Assembly: GCF_052049975.1 (NCBI RefSeq)
Contig: NZ_JBNGYZ010000001.1
Location: 314,468-378,467 of the forward strand
Reading direction: 5' to 3'
From: Candidatus Pelagibacter sp.
Lineage (GTDB): Bacteria > Pseudomonadota > Alphaproteobacteria > Pelagibacterales > Pelagibacteraceae
DNA: 64,000 bases
This document shows, piece by piece, positions 49,757 to 59,934 of the stretch. Numbering within the stretch: the stretch's first letter is position 1; each line of letters starts with the position of its first letter. The position numbers and the translations under genes were made by a program. The notes under the pieces are model-generated. The model made no database searches. It had not been told where the DNA came from and saw only the letters and a list, made by a program, of their open reading frames with translations.

Positions 49757-49785
49757 TATATAAGGGGAGATCTTTAATGCGTCAA
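49757..49785 (-). promoter_or_regulatory. Sigma70-type promoter of rpmB
   Basis: Minus strand TTGACG-N17-TATATA, about 14 nt upstream of the ATG. Confidence 0.7.
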
Positions 49786-49802
49786 GTTTAATACAACACT
49801 AA

Positions 49803-50849
49803 TTATGAGTGATTTCCAACAATTTCTGAATAATTTTTAACTCCTTTTTTATTAAGTATTTCTTTTAACTCTTTTTTTATTTTACTCACTATATTTGGCC
49901 CTTGATACACCATTCCAGTATAAAGTTGGATATAATCTGCACCAGCTAAAAATTTTTCACATGCGCTTTCACCTGAGTCCACCCCTCCTACTCCGATGAT
50001 TTTAATTTTTTTATTAAAATATTTATAAAATTTCTTAATCATAGTGTTAGATTTTTTTTCAATTGGCTTTCCTGAGAGTCCTCCTTTTTGATGTTTTTGA
50101 ATATCTTTTAAATCTTCTCTTGTGGAGTCTGATGTATTAGAAATTATTGCTGCTTCTATTTTATTTGATAGCAGAATATTAGCGATATCTTCAATTTGTG
50201 TATCTTTAAGATCTGGAGAAATCTTAACTACTAAAGGAACTTTTGAATTAAGTTCTTTTTTTTTAGCATTAATTCTACTTAATAAATCATCTAATTTTGA
50301 TTCATCATGAAAATTCCTTAAGTTCTCAGTATTTGGTGAAGAAATATTAATAGTAATATAATCAGCTAAATTATGAAACTTTTCTAAACCAATCAAATAA
50401 TCATTAAGTCTATCATTAGTATCTTTGTTGGGACCAATGTTAATTCCTAAAACACCTCTCTTTGGATTATTATTAATTCTATTATACGCGCTTTCGGATC
50501 CTTTGTTATTAAACCCTAGCCTATTAATTAGAGCTTCATCTTCAACCAGCCTAAAAACTCTTGGTTTAGGATTTCCGTATTGAGGCATAGGTGTGACTGT
50601 TCCAACTTCAACAAATCCAAAACCCAACTTAAATAATGAATTGTATACCTCTGCATTTTTATCAAACCCAGCAGCCATACCAATTGGATTTGCAATATCT
50701 TTATTTAAAAGATTTGTTGAAAAAAGAGGATCGTTAGAATTTTCATCAAATATTTCTGGAATAAAATTAAATTTTAGACTTTTAATAGCTAAAGTATGAG
50801 CTGTTTCTGGATCAATTTTAAATAATAAAGATCGAAAATTTGAAAACAT
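49803..50849 (-). CDS. pyrD: Dihydroorotate dehydrogenase (quinone), class 2
   Basis: DPETAH, GMAAGFDKN, EVGTVTP.PQ.GNPKPR.FR, NISSPNT, KISPDL, GGLSG. Confidence 0.96.
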   Translation of the reverse strand: MFSNFRSLLFKIDPETAHTLAIKSLKFNFIPEIFDENSNDPLFSTNLLNKDIANPIGMAAGFDKNAEVYNSLFKLGFGFVEVGTVTPMPQYGNPKPRVFRLVEDEALINRLGFNNKGSESAYNRINNNPKRGVLGINIGPNKDTNDRLNDYLIGLEKFHNLADYITINISSPNTENLRNFHDESKLDDLLSRINAKKKELNSKVPLVVKISPDLKDTQIEDIANILLSNKIEAAIISNTSDSTREDLKDIQKHQKGGLSGKPIEKKSNTMIKKFYKYFNKKIKIIGVGGVDSGESACEKFLAGADYIQLYTGMVYQGPNIVSKIKKELKEILNKKGVKNYSEIVGNHS

Positions 50850-52411
50850 TATTCTAATTTACTTCTTATAAGTTCTTTAGTTTCATTAACACCAAAAAAG
50901 CTAATAAAAAATCCCATCCTTGGCCCATTTTCAACACCAAATACAACTTCATAAATTAATTTAAACCAATCTCTTAAATTTTCTGCATAACCATTTTCTT
51001 TGCCAGTGGAATATATTTCGGTTTGTATATCCTCTGGTTTCATTTCATCATTACAATTATCTAATTTCAATATAAGAGCCTTTAATGCTTGAGTTTCATT
51101 TTCATTTGGTTTTTTATATTTCTTTTGTGATTTTATCACGTCATTAAAATATTTTATTGCATAGCCAACAAGTTTATCAAATATAGGATAATCAATTTCA
51201 TTAATATTTTTTTTATATTTTTTCACAAATTTCCAAAGTAAATCTTTTGTGTCAGCATTACTTGTTTCAACTAAATTAAGTAACATCGAAAATGACATAA
51301 TCATTTTTTCTTTTGGAATTATTCCATTATGTACGTGCCAAACTGGATTCATTAATATCTGCAGCTCATTTTGATTTTTTGCTTTCTCTATAAAGTCCAA
51401 ATATTCATCCACTGCTTTTGGGACTATTTCATTGTATAATTTTTTTGCTCTTTTTGGATTTTGATACATATATAAAGATAAGCTTTCAGGTGAAGCATAT
51501 TCCAACCATTGTTCAATTGTTATTCCATTTCCTTTAGATTTTGAAATTTTCTCACCTTTTTCATCCAAAAATAATTCATATGCAAAACCTGATGGGTTTC
51601 TCTTACCAAGTAGCTTTATAATTTTTGTAGATAAAATTGCACTTTCAATTAAGTCTTTTCCATACATTTCAAAGTCTACATCTAATGCATACCATCTCAT
51701 TGCCCAATCAACTTTCCATTGTAATTTACACGCACCACCTAGGATACTTGTCTCTAGTTTATTCCCATTGTTATCAAAAATAATTGTAGAATTTGATTTG
51801 TTAAACTCTAAAACTGGTATTTCTAAAACTTTGCCTGTGTCTGGACAAATGGGCAAAAATGGACTGTAAGTTTTTTGTCTCTCTTGGCCAAGAGTTGGTA
51901 AAATGATATTCATAATACCTTCATAGTTTTCAAGAATTAATTTCAATGTATCGTCAAAAACTCCAGCCTTATAAAGAGCTGTGGAACTTTTAAAATTATA
52001 TTCAAAATTAAAACTATCTAAAAAAGATTTTAGTTTTTCATTATTATGTTCTCCAAAACTGTTAAATTTTTCAAATGGGTCTGGGACTTGTGTTAATGGT
52101 TTATTTAAATTATTTTTTAAAAGCTCTTGATTAGGAACATTGTCAGGAACTTTTCTCAGACCATCCATATCATCAGAAAAAGTAATTATTTCAGTTGGTA
52201 AATCTGTTAAACACTTTAATGCGTTGACCATCATTGAAGTTCTGGCAACTTCTCCAAACGTTCCAATATGAGGTAATCCACTTGGGCCATATCCTGTTTG
52301 AAGTGTTATCTTGCCTTTTTTCTCAATCAGTGATTTTCTTTCACGAAGCATTTTTTTTGCTTCTACTATTGGCCACGCATTTGTTTTGTCTAAATTTTCT
52401 TTTTTTATCAT
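50849..52411 (-). CDS. lysS: Lysine--tRNA ligase, class I
   Basis: TGYGPSGLPHIGTFGEV, KLQWKVDWAMRW, KISKSKGNG, GPRMG. ATG 52411. Confidence 0.95.
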   Translation of the reverse strand: MIKKENLDKTNAWPIVEAKKMLRERKSLIEKKGKITLQTGYGPSGLPHIGTFGEVARTSMMVNALKCLTDLPTEIITFSDDMDGLRKVPDNVPNQELLKNNLNKPLTQVPDPFEKFNSFGEHNNEKLKSFLDSFNFEYNFKSSTALYKAGVFDDTLKLILENYEGIMNIILPTLGQERQKTYSPFLPICPDTGKVLEIPVLEFNKSNSTIIFDNNGNKLETSILGGACKLQWKVDWAMRWYALDVDFEMYGKDLIESAILSTKIIKLLGKRNPSGFAYELFLDEKGEKISKSKGNGITIEQWLEYASPESLSLYMYQNPKRAKKLYNEIVPKAVDEYLDFIEKAKNQNELQILMNPVWHVHNGIIPKEKMIMSFSMLLNLVETSNADTKDLLWKFVKKYKKNINEIDYPIFDKLVGYAIKYFNDVIKSQKKYKKPNENETQALKALILKLDNCNDEMKPEDIQTEIYSTGKENGYAENLRDWFKLIYEVVFGVENGPRMGFFISFFGVNETKELIRSKLE

Positions 52412-52462
52412 TAACAAATTAAACTAATCTATTTATAGAAGTAATTACTAATTCTTAAAGTG

Positions 52463-52490
52463 TTGAAATTTATTTACCATAAAATATGAT
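52463..52490 (+). promoter_or_regulatory. Sigma70-type promoter of trkH (predicts a near-leaderless mRNA)
   Basis: TTGAAA-N16-TATGAT ending 9 nt before the ATG. No SD. Confidence 0.5.
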
Positions 52491-52499
52491 TCTTTCAAA

Positions 52500-53939
52500 A
52501 TGAGTAATTATAAAACTGTTTTTTTCACATTAGGAATACTTCAAATAATACTTGGTATATCGATGATCATACCTGTATTTGTTCAAATAATTTATTCTGA
52601 AATGGACTCTTCGTTTATTGGGGCTGCAATAGTTACAATAATATTTGGTACTTTATTTTTTTTATCTAATTTAGATCATGATAAAAAACTAAATTTACAA
52701 CAAGCTTTTCTTTTAACTGCATTATCATGGCTAAGTATTGCGATATTTGGATCATTTCCATTTATTTTTTCAACAATTAATTTCTCAGTTACTGACTCGT
52801 TTTTTGAAAGCATGTCAGGGATTACAACAACTGGCTCAACAATCATAAATAATTTAGAAGAAATGCCAAAAGCAATATTATTGTGGAGAGCTATTTTGCA
52901 ATGGCTGGGTGGTATAGGAATAATTGTTATGGCAATAACTTTAATGCCAATTATGAATGTGGGTGGAATGCAACTATTTAAAATTTCAAATAACGACTCA
53001 TCAGAGAAGATTTTACCTAAATCAAAAGAAATAGCTCTCCGATTAATTTATATTTATTCAACTTTGACATTATTATGCACATTTTTTTATAAGATTTTTG
53101 GAATGAATTATTTTGATAGCTTAACTCACTCGATGACCACAATAGCAACAGGTGGTTTTTCTAATTATAATGACTCGATTGGTTATTTTGATAGTGCCTA
53201 TATAGAGTCAGTATCAATGGTCTTTATTATTCTAGGAAGCTTACCTTTTATTGCATACATAAAATTTTTAAATGGAGATAAACAAGTTTTTAAAAATGAT
53301 AGCCAAATCAGAACTTTTTTTAAGATTATATTTTTTACAATTATTATATTAGGAATTTATTTAAGCTTTAATAATATTCAATCTTTTGATCTGAGATCAA
53401 TATTGTTCAATGTAATTTCTATCATTACTGGCACTGGTTATGTTAATGATCAATTCGATAGTTGGGGTAGTTTTACAATAGTATTATTTTTAATGTTGAT
53501 GTTCATAGGTGGATGTGCTGGATCAACTACTTGTGGAGTTAAAGTTTTTAGATTTCAGATTTTATATCTTTTTATTATGAACCAAATAAAAAAGATAATA
53601 TACCCTAAAGGTGTTTTTGTAATTAAATATGCAGAAAACTCAATAAATGAAAAATTTATTGCATCAATAATCTCATTTATATTTTTTTACTTTTTAATCT
53701 TTTTTTGTTTATCTGCATTATTATCACTAACAGGATTAGATTTTATTACATCTATATCAGGTGCGGCCACATCAATTTCAAATGTTGGTCCAGGTTTAGG
53801 ATCAACTATTGGTCCAAATGGAAACTTTTCCTCTTTACCTGACATTTCTAAATGGATACTTACTATTGGCATGATACTTGGTAGATTAGAATTATTTGCA
53901 ATTCTAATTCTATTTGTGCCAGCATTTTGGAGGAATTAA
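52500..53939 (+). CDS. trkH: Trk potassium uptake membrane protein
   Basis: FFESMSGITTTGST, LQWLGGIGII, TIATGGFS, FIGGCAGST, NVGPG, GRLE. Confidence 0.93.
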   Translation: MSNYKTVFFTLGILQIILGISMIIPVFVQIIYSEMDSSFIGAAIVTIIFGTLFFLSNLDHDKKLNLQQAFLLTALSWLSIAIFGSFPFIFSTINFSVTDSFFESMSGITTTGSTIINNLEEMPKAILLWRAILQWLGGIGIIVMAITLMPIMNVGGMQLFKISNNDSSEKILPKSKEIALRLIYIYSTLTLLCTFFYKIFGMNYFDSLTHSMTTIATGGFSNYNDSIGYFDSAYIESVSMVFIILGSLPFIAYIKFLNGDKQVFKNDSQIRTFFKIIFFTIIILGIYLSFNNIQSFDLRSILFNVISIITGTGYVNDQFDSWGSFTIVLFLMLMFIGGCAGSTTCGVKVFRFQILYLFIMNQIKKIIYPKGVFVIKYAENSINEKFIASIISFIFFYFLIFFCLSALLSLTGLDFITSISGAATSISNVGPGLGSTIGPNGNFSSLPDISKWILTIGMILGRLELFAILILFVPAFWRN

Positions 53940-55316
53940 ATGATTGAATTTAGAAAACAAAACCTTTCAGAGACGTTTTCTGTTTATTTTGACATAAGAA
54001 TGTTAAAGATTTTGTTATTAGGTGCTATCCAAGGTTTTCCCTGGGTTTTAATTGGTAGTAGCTTAAGTCTATGGTTGAAAGAAGATGGTCTTGATAGATC
54101 TACCATAGGTTGGGCAGGACTTATTTTTGGAGTATACGCTTTTAATTATCTATGGGCTCCATTAATTGATCGAATTCACATTCCTTTTTTAACTAAAAAA
54201 ATAGGGCACAGAAGAGCATGGATCGTTTCAATGCAAATTATAATTTTATCGTCATTAGTTTTATGGAGTATGCTTAAACCAAGTGAAAGCCTGGCATTAG
54301 TTATCTCGGTAGGTTTATTGATAGCAATTGCATCAGCCACTCAAGATATAACTGTTGACGCTTTAAGGATTGAACAAATAGGAGAACAAGAGGGAAAATC
54401 AATGGCTGCTGGTGCAGCAATGGTTGTTGTTGGGTGGTGGACTGGATACAAACTCGGAGGTGTAATTTCATTATTCACTGCTGATATTCTGGAAAATTCT
54501 GGATTTCAAAACTATTGGCAACTTACTTTTCTCATTCTAGGTACTTTGATAATTCTAATGAATATTGGCTTGATGTTTGTAAATGAACCTATTAACAATG
54601 ATAGGGGTGCTATTCAAAAAAATAATGATAACCTAATTTCTAACAAACTTGGAAAAGGTAATATTTTTTCTAAATCTCTTGCATGGATTAGTGGAACAAT
54701 AAGTGGCCCTATAATTAGTTTTTTTAAAAAAAATGGCTTCTCAATTGCTATAGGTATTTTGGGTTTTGTTTTTTTATTTAAAATTGGTGAGGCTTTTCTT
54801 GGCCGGATGTCCATTATTTTTTACAAAGAAATAGGTTTTAGCAAATCTGATATTGCAATTTACTCAAAAACATTAGGTTGGATTACAACTGTAATATTTA
54901 CACTGCTGGGAGGATTGTTTGTTATTAGATCTGGAGTACTAAAGGCAATGTTTTTAGCAGGAATTTTAATGGCTGGAACAAATTTATTATTTAGTGTTTT
55001 AGCTTGGAGTGGAAAATCAGAAGTATTATTTGCAGTCGCTGTTATTTTTGATGATATTGCCGCTGCATTTGCAACAGTTGCTTTTGTTGCATTTATTTCT
55101 CTTCTTGTTGATAGAACATACACGGCCACACAATACGCATTATTAGCTTCCATAGGTACTGCAGGACGAACTACACTTGCTTCATCATCTGGTGCGTTAG
55201 TTGATTGGCTACATGGCGACTGGGGAATATTTTTTATTATAACAGCTATTATGGTTATACCTTCATTAATAATTCTTTATTATATAAAAGATAAATTAAA
55301 GATCAGTGAAAAATAA
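53940..55316 (+). CDS. ampG: AmpG-family muropeptide MFS transporter
   Basis: GFPWVL, YLWAPLIDR, GHRRAW, SATQDITVDA.RIE, TATQYALLAS. Confidence 0.87.
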   Translation: MIEFRKQNLSETFSVYFDIRMLKILLLGAIQGFPWVLIGSSLSLWLKEDGLDRSTIGWAGLIFGVYAFNYLWAPLIDRIHIPFLTKKIGHRRAWIVSMQIIILSSLVLWSMLKPSESLALVISVGLLIAIASATQDITVDALRIEQIGEQEGKSMAAGAAMVVVGWWTGYKLGGVISLFTADILENSGFQNYWQLTFLILGTLIILMNIGLMFVNEPINNDRGAIQKNNDNLISNKLGKGNIFSKSLAWISGTISGPIISFFKKNGFSIAIGILGFVFLFKIGEAFLGRMSIIFYKEIGFSKSDIAIYSKTLGWITTVIFTLLGGLFVIRSGVLKAMFLAGILMAGTNLLFSVLAWSGKSEVLFAVAVIFDDIAAAFATVAFVAFISLLVDRTYTATQYALLASIGTAGRTTLASSSGALVDWLHGDWGIFFIITAIMVIPSLIILYYIKDKLKISEK

Positions 55317-56061
55317 ACTTTATTACAATAAATCATTAGGAAATATTTATTTAAAACCTTCCTTAAAATCAGAAATAGTTTCTCAAATTCTTTATGGAGA
55401 AAAATTTACAATAATAAAAAAACAAAAAGATTGGTTAAAAATAAAACTTAATTTTGATAACTATGTGGGTTACATTAAAAGCTCAAATTTTAAAGAAAAA
55501 TTTTATCCAATATTAAAGGTAAAAAAACTAAGCGCAAAAACTTTTCAATTAAAAAAAGGAAGATTTACAAGATTAAAACAGAAAATATTTTTTGGTTCAA
55601 AAATAATGGTTTTAAAAAAATATGGAAATTATTTTGAATTTGAAAAAAATAAATGGATCAATAAAAAAGATTTAATCATAAAAGATCATATAGAAAAAAA
55701 TTACATCAAAATTTTAAAACTTTTCTTAAACACTAAATATTTATGGGGTGGACGAAGCGCAGACGGTATAGATTGTTCAGCTTTAATACAAATTTTCTTT
55801 TTTTATAATAATAAATTTTTTCCAAGAGATACAAAAGATCAGATAAAATTCTGCAAAACTATGAAAAATAAAAAATTCAATAAAGGAGATATAATTTTTT
55901 GGAAAGGTCATGTTGGTATATGTGCAAACAAAAAAGATTTCTTACATGCTTATGGGCCAAGAAAAAAAGTGCTTATAATGGATACTTTGAAAACTGTTGA
56001 ATTAATTGAGAAAACTGCAAATCTTAAAGTTAAAAAAATTACTAATATATCAAAATATTAA
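55306..56061 (+). CDS. SH3 plus NlpC/P60 cysteine peptidase (YkfC-like, no signal peptide)
   Basis: GTG start. SQILYGE (SH3b), YLWGGRS..GIDCSAL (Cys), GHVG (His), LHA. Confidence 0.82.
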   Translation: MKNKLYYNKSLGNIYLKPSLKSEIVSQILYGEKFTIIKKQKDWLKIKLNFDNYVGYIKSSNFKEKFYPILKVKKLSAKTFQLKKGRFTRLKQKIFFGSKIMVLKKYGNYFEFEKNKWINKKDLIIKDHIEKNYIKILKLFLNTKYLWGGRSADGIDCSALIQIFFFYNNKFFPRDTKDQIKFCKTMKNKKFNKGDIIFWKGHVGICANKKDFLHAYGPRKKVLIMDTLKTVELIEKTANLKVKKITNISKY

Positions 56062-56954
56062 TCTCTGCCAAAATCAGGTTTATTTATATCATGTTTAAGC
56101 TTAATTATCTTAGCTCGTACTTTTTTTGTATTTTTTAATTTTAACAGAATATTTTTATTATTTTGTTTCAAAATATCTTTTTTAAAGTCTAATAAATTTT
56201 TGATAAACAAATCTATTGCTTTAGACACATTTCCTTTGTTATTAAAAAAAATATCTCTCCACATTATTTCGTTGGAAGCTGCTATACGAGAAAAATCTCT
56301 CAAACCACCAGCGCTGTATTGAATTAAATCATAACTTTGTTGTTTTTCAAAATCTTGTGCCGATTTAACTAAATTGTATGCAATCAAGTGGGGTAAGTGA
56401 CTTGTAATTGAAAAAATTTTATCATGTTGATCAGCATTCATAACAACTACTTTTGATCCAATTTTTTTCCAAAAATTTTTCAAAACTTTAAGAGTATTAA
56501 GTTTTGTATTTTTGTCCTTAATTAATACACACCACTTATTATCAAATATAGATGCATAACCATTTCTTGGTCCGCTTACCTCTGATCCTGCAATAGGATG
56601 ACTGGATAACCAATTTGTTTTTTTTGTTAAGTACTTATTTATAATTTTTTGAGACTCAATTTTAGATGATCCTATATCTGTAACAATATTCTTTGAATTT
56701 AGTTTAGGATTAATCTTTTTAATAATGTTTTGATATTCGCTCATTGGTGTGCAAAAAATTATTAAATCACATAAATCTATAACTTCATTAGGATTCTTAA
56801 CAATTTTACATGGAAGTTTTAATTTCTTAATCTGACTCAGATATTTTTTTGATTTTTCATATACGAAAATTTGCTTAGAAATTTTTTTTTGTTTTATTTT
56901 TCTAACCAAAGAAGATCCTAGTAAACCACAGCCAATAATTAAAATATTTTTCAT
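56058..56954 (-). CDS. tyrA: Prephenate/arogenate (cyclohexadienyl) dehydrogenase
   Basis: IIGCGLLGSS, TDIGSSK, HPIAGSE, HDKIFSITSHLPH, GGLRDFSRIAAS. Confidence 0.9.
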   Translation of the reverse strand: MKNILIIGCGLLGSSLVRKIKQKKISKQIFVYEKSKKYLSQIKKLKLPCKIVKNPNEVIDLCDLIIFCTPMSEYQNIIKKINPKLNSKNIVTDIGSSKIESQKIINKYLTKKTNWLSSHPIAGSEVSGPRNGYASIFDNKWCVLIKDKNTKLNTLKVLKNFWKKIGSKVVVMNADQHDKIFSITSHLPHLIAYNLVKSAQDFEKQQSYDLIQYSAGGLRDFSRIAASNEIMWRDIFFNNKGNVSKAIDLFIKNLLDFKKDILKQNNKNILLKLKNTKKVRAKIIKLKHDINKPDFGRD

Positions 56955-58036
56955 TAATTAAACAAACCTTTCATTGCTTTCACGAAAGCAGCATTTTCTT
57001 TTGTTGATCCGATAGTTAATCTTAACTTATTTTTAATTTTATAACCTACTTCAACATTTCTTAAAATAACTCCTTTAGATTGTAATTTTTTATAAACACT
57101 CTTCGCTGCCAGTTTGCACTTATCAAAATTAAGCAGTAAAAAATTTGCTGAAATAGGATTTGTTGAAATATTTAATGTGCTTAAAAATTTTTTTAACTTA
57201 TTTGCTTCTCTTAGATTATGTTTAACTGATTTAACAATAAATTTTGTATCCTTTAAAGCCTCTACTGCCGCAGCTTGAGCTATTGCGTTAACATTAAATG
57301 GAGGTCTAATTCTATTTAGTGCAGAAATAATTTTTTTTGACCCATAACCCCATCCTATTCTTAAAGAGGCCAAACCATAAATCTTAGAAAAAGTTCTTAA
57401 AACAAAAACATTTTCTTTAGATCTAAATATTTCTAAACCAGATTTATAATCTTTGTTTTTCATATATTCATAATAAGCGTCATCTATAACTAATAGAATG
57501 TTTTGCCTTAATTTTTTTCTTAATTGTATTAGCTCTTTATAATTTAAATAAGTACCGGTAGGATTGTTTGGATTAGCAATAAAAACAATTTTGGTATTTT
57601 TACTAACTTTTTTTAGAATATTATTAACATCTACTTTAAAATTTTTTTCTTCAGCTAAGACTACTTTTGCTCCTACAATGGCAGAATATATTCTATACAT
57701 TAAAAAACTATATGTAGGAATAATTACTTCATCTTTTGAATTAAGAAAAAGTTGACAAATCATTTGAATAACTTCATCAGAACCTGAACCACATATTAAT
57801 TTCGTCTCATCACATTTAAATCTTTTGGAAATTTCTTTTTTTAAAGAATTACTCAATGGATCTGGATATTTAAAAATTTTTAAATTTTTAGAATTTAATA
57901 TTTTTTTTACTTTTGGACTTGTGCCAAGCGCAGATTCATTAGCAGATAACTTTATTATATTTTTAATGTTTGCTAATTTAGATTTACCAGGTCTATAAAC
58001 ATCTAAATTAAAACTTTTAAATTTTGGTAAACTCAT
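56954..58036 (-). CDS. hisC: Histidinol-phosphate aminotransferase
   Basis: KLSANES, YPD, GSGSDE, ANPNNPTG, DDAYYEY, RTFSKIYGLASLRIG. Confidence 0.93.
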   Translation of the reverse strand: MSLPKFKSFNLDVYRPGKSKLANIKNIIKLSANESALGTSPKVKKILNSKNLKIFKYPDPLSNSLKKEISKRFKCDETKLICGSGSDEVIQMICQLFLNSKDEVIIPTYSFLMYRIYSAIVGAKVVLAEEKNFKVDVNNILKKVSKNTKIVFIANPNNPTGTYLNYKELIQLRKKLRQNILLVIDDAYYEYMKNKDYKSGLEIFRSKENVFVLRTFSKIYGLASLRIGWGYGSKKIISALNRIRPPFNVNAIAQAAAVEALKDTKFIVKSVKHNLREANKLKKFLSTLNISTNPISANFLLLNFDKCKLAAKSVYKKLQSKGVILRNVEVGYKIKNKLRLTIGSTKENAAFVKAMKGLFN

Positions 58037-58098
58037 TATTTTAATATTTATATGTATATTTTATAGAATATACAGCTACTTAAGCTATTTTTTAAAAA

Positions 58099-58127
58099 TT
58101 GACATAATAATACTCTTCTAGTACAAA
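58099..58127 (+). promoter_or_regulatory. Probable promoter of metX
   Basis: Perfect -35 TTGACA at 58099-58104. A weak -10 at 17-nt spacing (TACAAA) would put the TSS at the first base of the riboswitch. Confidence 0.5.
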
Positions 58128-58133
58128 ACTTTT

Positions 58134-58182
58134 GCGCTGATTTAACTGAATTGCGAGCGCTATAAAAAAACCGCTAAAAAAG
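58134..58182 (+). ncRNA. SAM-II riboswitch
   Basis: GCGCTGATTTAACTGAATTGCGAGCGC...GCTAAAAAAG closely matches the SAM-II pattern (P1 GCGCU/AGCGC, loop GAUUUAAC..UUGC, 3' GCUAAA pseudoknot strand), directly upstream of metX. Confidence 0.88.
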
Positions 58183-58215
58183 TTTTTTTCTCACAATTCA
58201 AATCAGCCTTATTTT

Positions 58216-59340
58216 ATGAATAAGATTAAAGATTTTAAAAAGTTGATTGTAAAAAAACCGCTCACTTTAGACTGTGGAAGAGTAATTAATGATTTCCCAA
58301 TAGCATATGAAACTTATGGCAAACTTAATGAAAAAAAAGATAATGCAATTCTTATATTTCACGCTTTAACAGGCGATCAATTTGTTACAGGCAAAAATCC
58401 TGTCACAAATAAAGACGGTTGGTGGTCTTATGCAGTTGGTTCGGGCAAATCAATTGATACAGATAAATATTTTTTAATTTGTGCTAATGTAATAAGTGGT
58501 TGTATGGGCTCGTTTGGTCCTAGTCATATCGATCCAGAAACTAATAATCCTTATGGCACAAATTTTCCAGTGATAACTATCAATGACATGGTTAATGCTC
58601 AAGTTAATCTACTAGATCATTTTGGTATTGATAAACTTTTTTCTGTAATAGGTGGTTCTATGGGTGGTATGCAAGTTTTACAATTTGTAAGTAATTTTCC
58701 AGATAAAGCAAAAACAGCTGTCCCAATTGCTTGTACGTCAAGTCACTCAGCTCAAAATATAGCCTTTAATGAATTAGGTAGACAATCAATAATGGCTGAT
58801 CCTAATTGGATAAATGGAGACTATCAAAAAGAAAATAAAAACCCTTCTAATGGTTTGTCAGTTGCAAGAATGGCAGCGCATATAACGTATCTATCAAAAA
58901 AAGGTTTGGAAAATAAATTTGGTAGAAAACTTCAAGAAAGAGATGACTTAAAGTTTGGATTTGATGCGGATTTTCAAATTGAAAGTTATTTGCGGTATCA
59001 AGGAAGTGTTTTTGTAGATAGATTTGATGCAAACAGTTATCTTTATATTACGAGAGCTATGGATTACTTTGATTTGCCAAGGAAATTTGAGGGCAGTTTA
59101 TCAAAGGCATTTAATAATACAAAAACAAAATTTTTTATAATTTCATTTACTTCTGATTGGCTTTATCCAACACAAGAAAATAAAGAAATAGTTATAGCGT
59201 TGAATTCTATAGGTGCAGATGTAGGTTTTGCTGAAATTGAGTCTGACAAAGGGCACGATTCATTTCTCTTAGATGTACCTGATTTTTTAAATGTATTAAA
59301 AAACTTTGTGGATAAATCTTATGAGGAATTAACTAAATGA
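58216..59340 (+). CDS. metX: Homoserine O-acyltransferase, MetX family
   Basis: [19 protein letters not shown] (Ser), [29 protein letters not shown]. Confidence 0.95.
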   Translation: MNKIKDFKKLIVKKPLTLDCGRVINDFPIAYETYGKLNEKKDNAILIFHALTGDQFVTGKNPVTNKDGWWSYAVGSGKSIDTDKYFLICANVISGCMGSFGPSHIDPETNNPYGTNFPVITINDMVNAQVNLLDHFGIDKLFSVIGGSMGGMQVLQFVSNFPDKAKTAVPIACTSSHSAQNIAFNELGRQSIMADPNWINGDYQKENKNPSNGLSVARMAAHITYLSKKGLENKFGRKLQERDDLKFGFDADFQIESYLRYQGSVFVDRFDANSYLYITRAMDYFDLPRKFEGSLSKAFNNTKTKFFIISFTSDWLYPTQENKEIVIALNSIGADVGFAEIESDKGHDSFLLDVPDFLNVLKNFVDKSYEELTK

Positions 59341-59933
59341 AATTTGAATTTCAAATTATAACTAAGCTTATCAAAGATCAAAGTCGTGTATTAGATGTTG
59401 GGTGTGGCGATGGTGAGTTGATGCAGTATTTAAAGAAAGAAAAACATATTGATATAAGGGGATTAGAAATTTCAAAACAGAATGTAAGAATTTGTATATC
59501 AAAAGGTCTTACTACAATAGAAGGTGATGCAGAAAAAGATTTAATTCAATTTCCAGACAAATCATTTGACTACGTAATACTAAGTCAAACTTTACAAGCA
59601 TTTTTAAATCCTGAAAAAGTAATCAATGAACTTTTAAGAGTAGGAAAAAAAGCTGTTGTAACAATCCCAAATTTTGGCTATTGGAAAATTAGATTACATT
59701 TATTATTCAAAGGAACAATGCCAATTACAAAAACTTTACCAGATGAATGGTATAATACTCCAAATTTGCATATGTGTTCAATTAAAGATTTTGTGCATTT
59801 TTGTGAAAAAAATAATTTTAAGTTAAATGAGTCTTTGGCCTTAAATGAAAATAGCTTTTCTTCAATTAGTAAAGCTAATTTAAATTTTAAAAATTTAATG
59901 GCAAATCTTGGAATATTCATACTAGAAAAATAA
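59337..59933 (+). CDS. metW: Methionine biosynthesis protein MetW
   Basis: [35 protein letters not shown]. Coupled to metX (ATGA). Confidence 0.93.
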   Translation: MKFEFQIITKLIKDQSRVLDVGCGDGELMQYLKKEKHIDIRGLEISKQNVRICISKGLTTIEGDAEKDLIQFPDKSFDYVILSQTLQAFLNPEKVINELLRVGKKAVVTIPNFGYWKIRLHLLFKGTMPITKTLPDEWYNTPNLHMCSIKDFVHFCEKNNFKLNESLALNENSFSSISKANLNFKNLMANLGIFILEK

Positions 59934-59934
59934 A

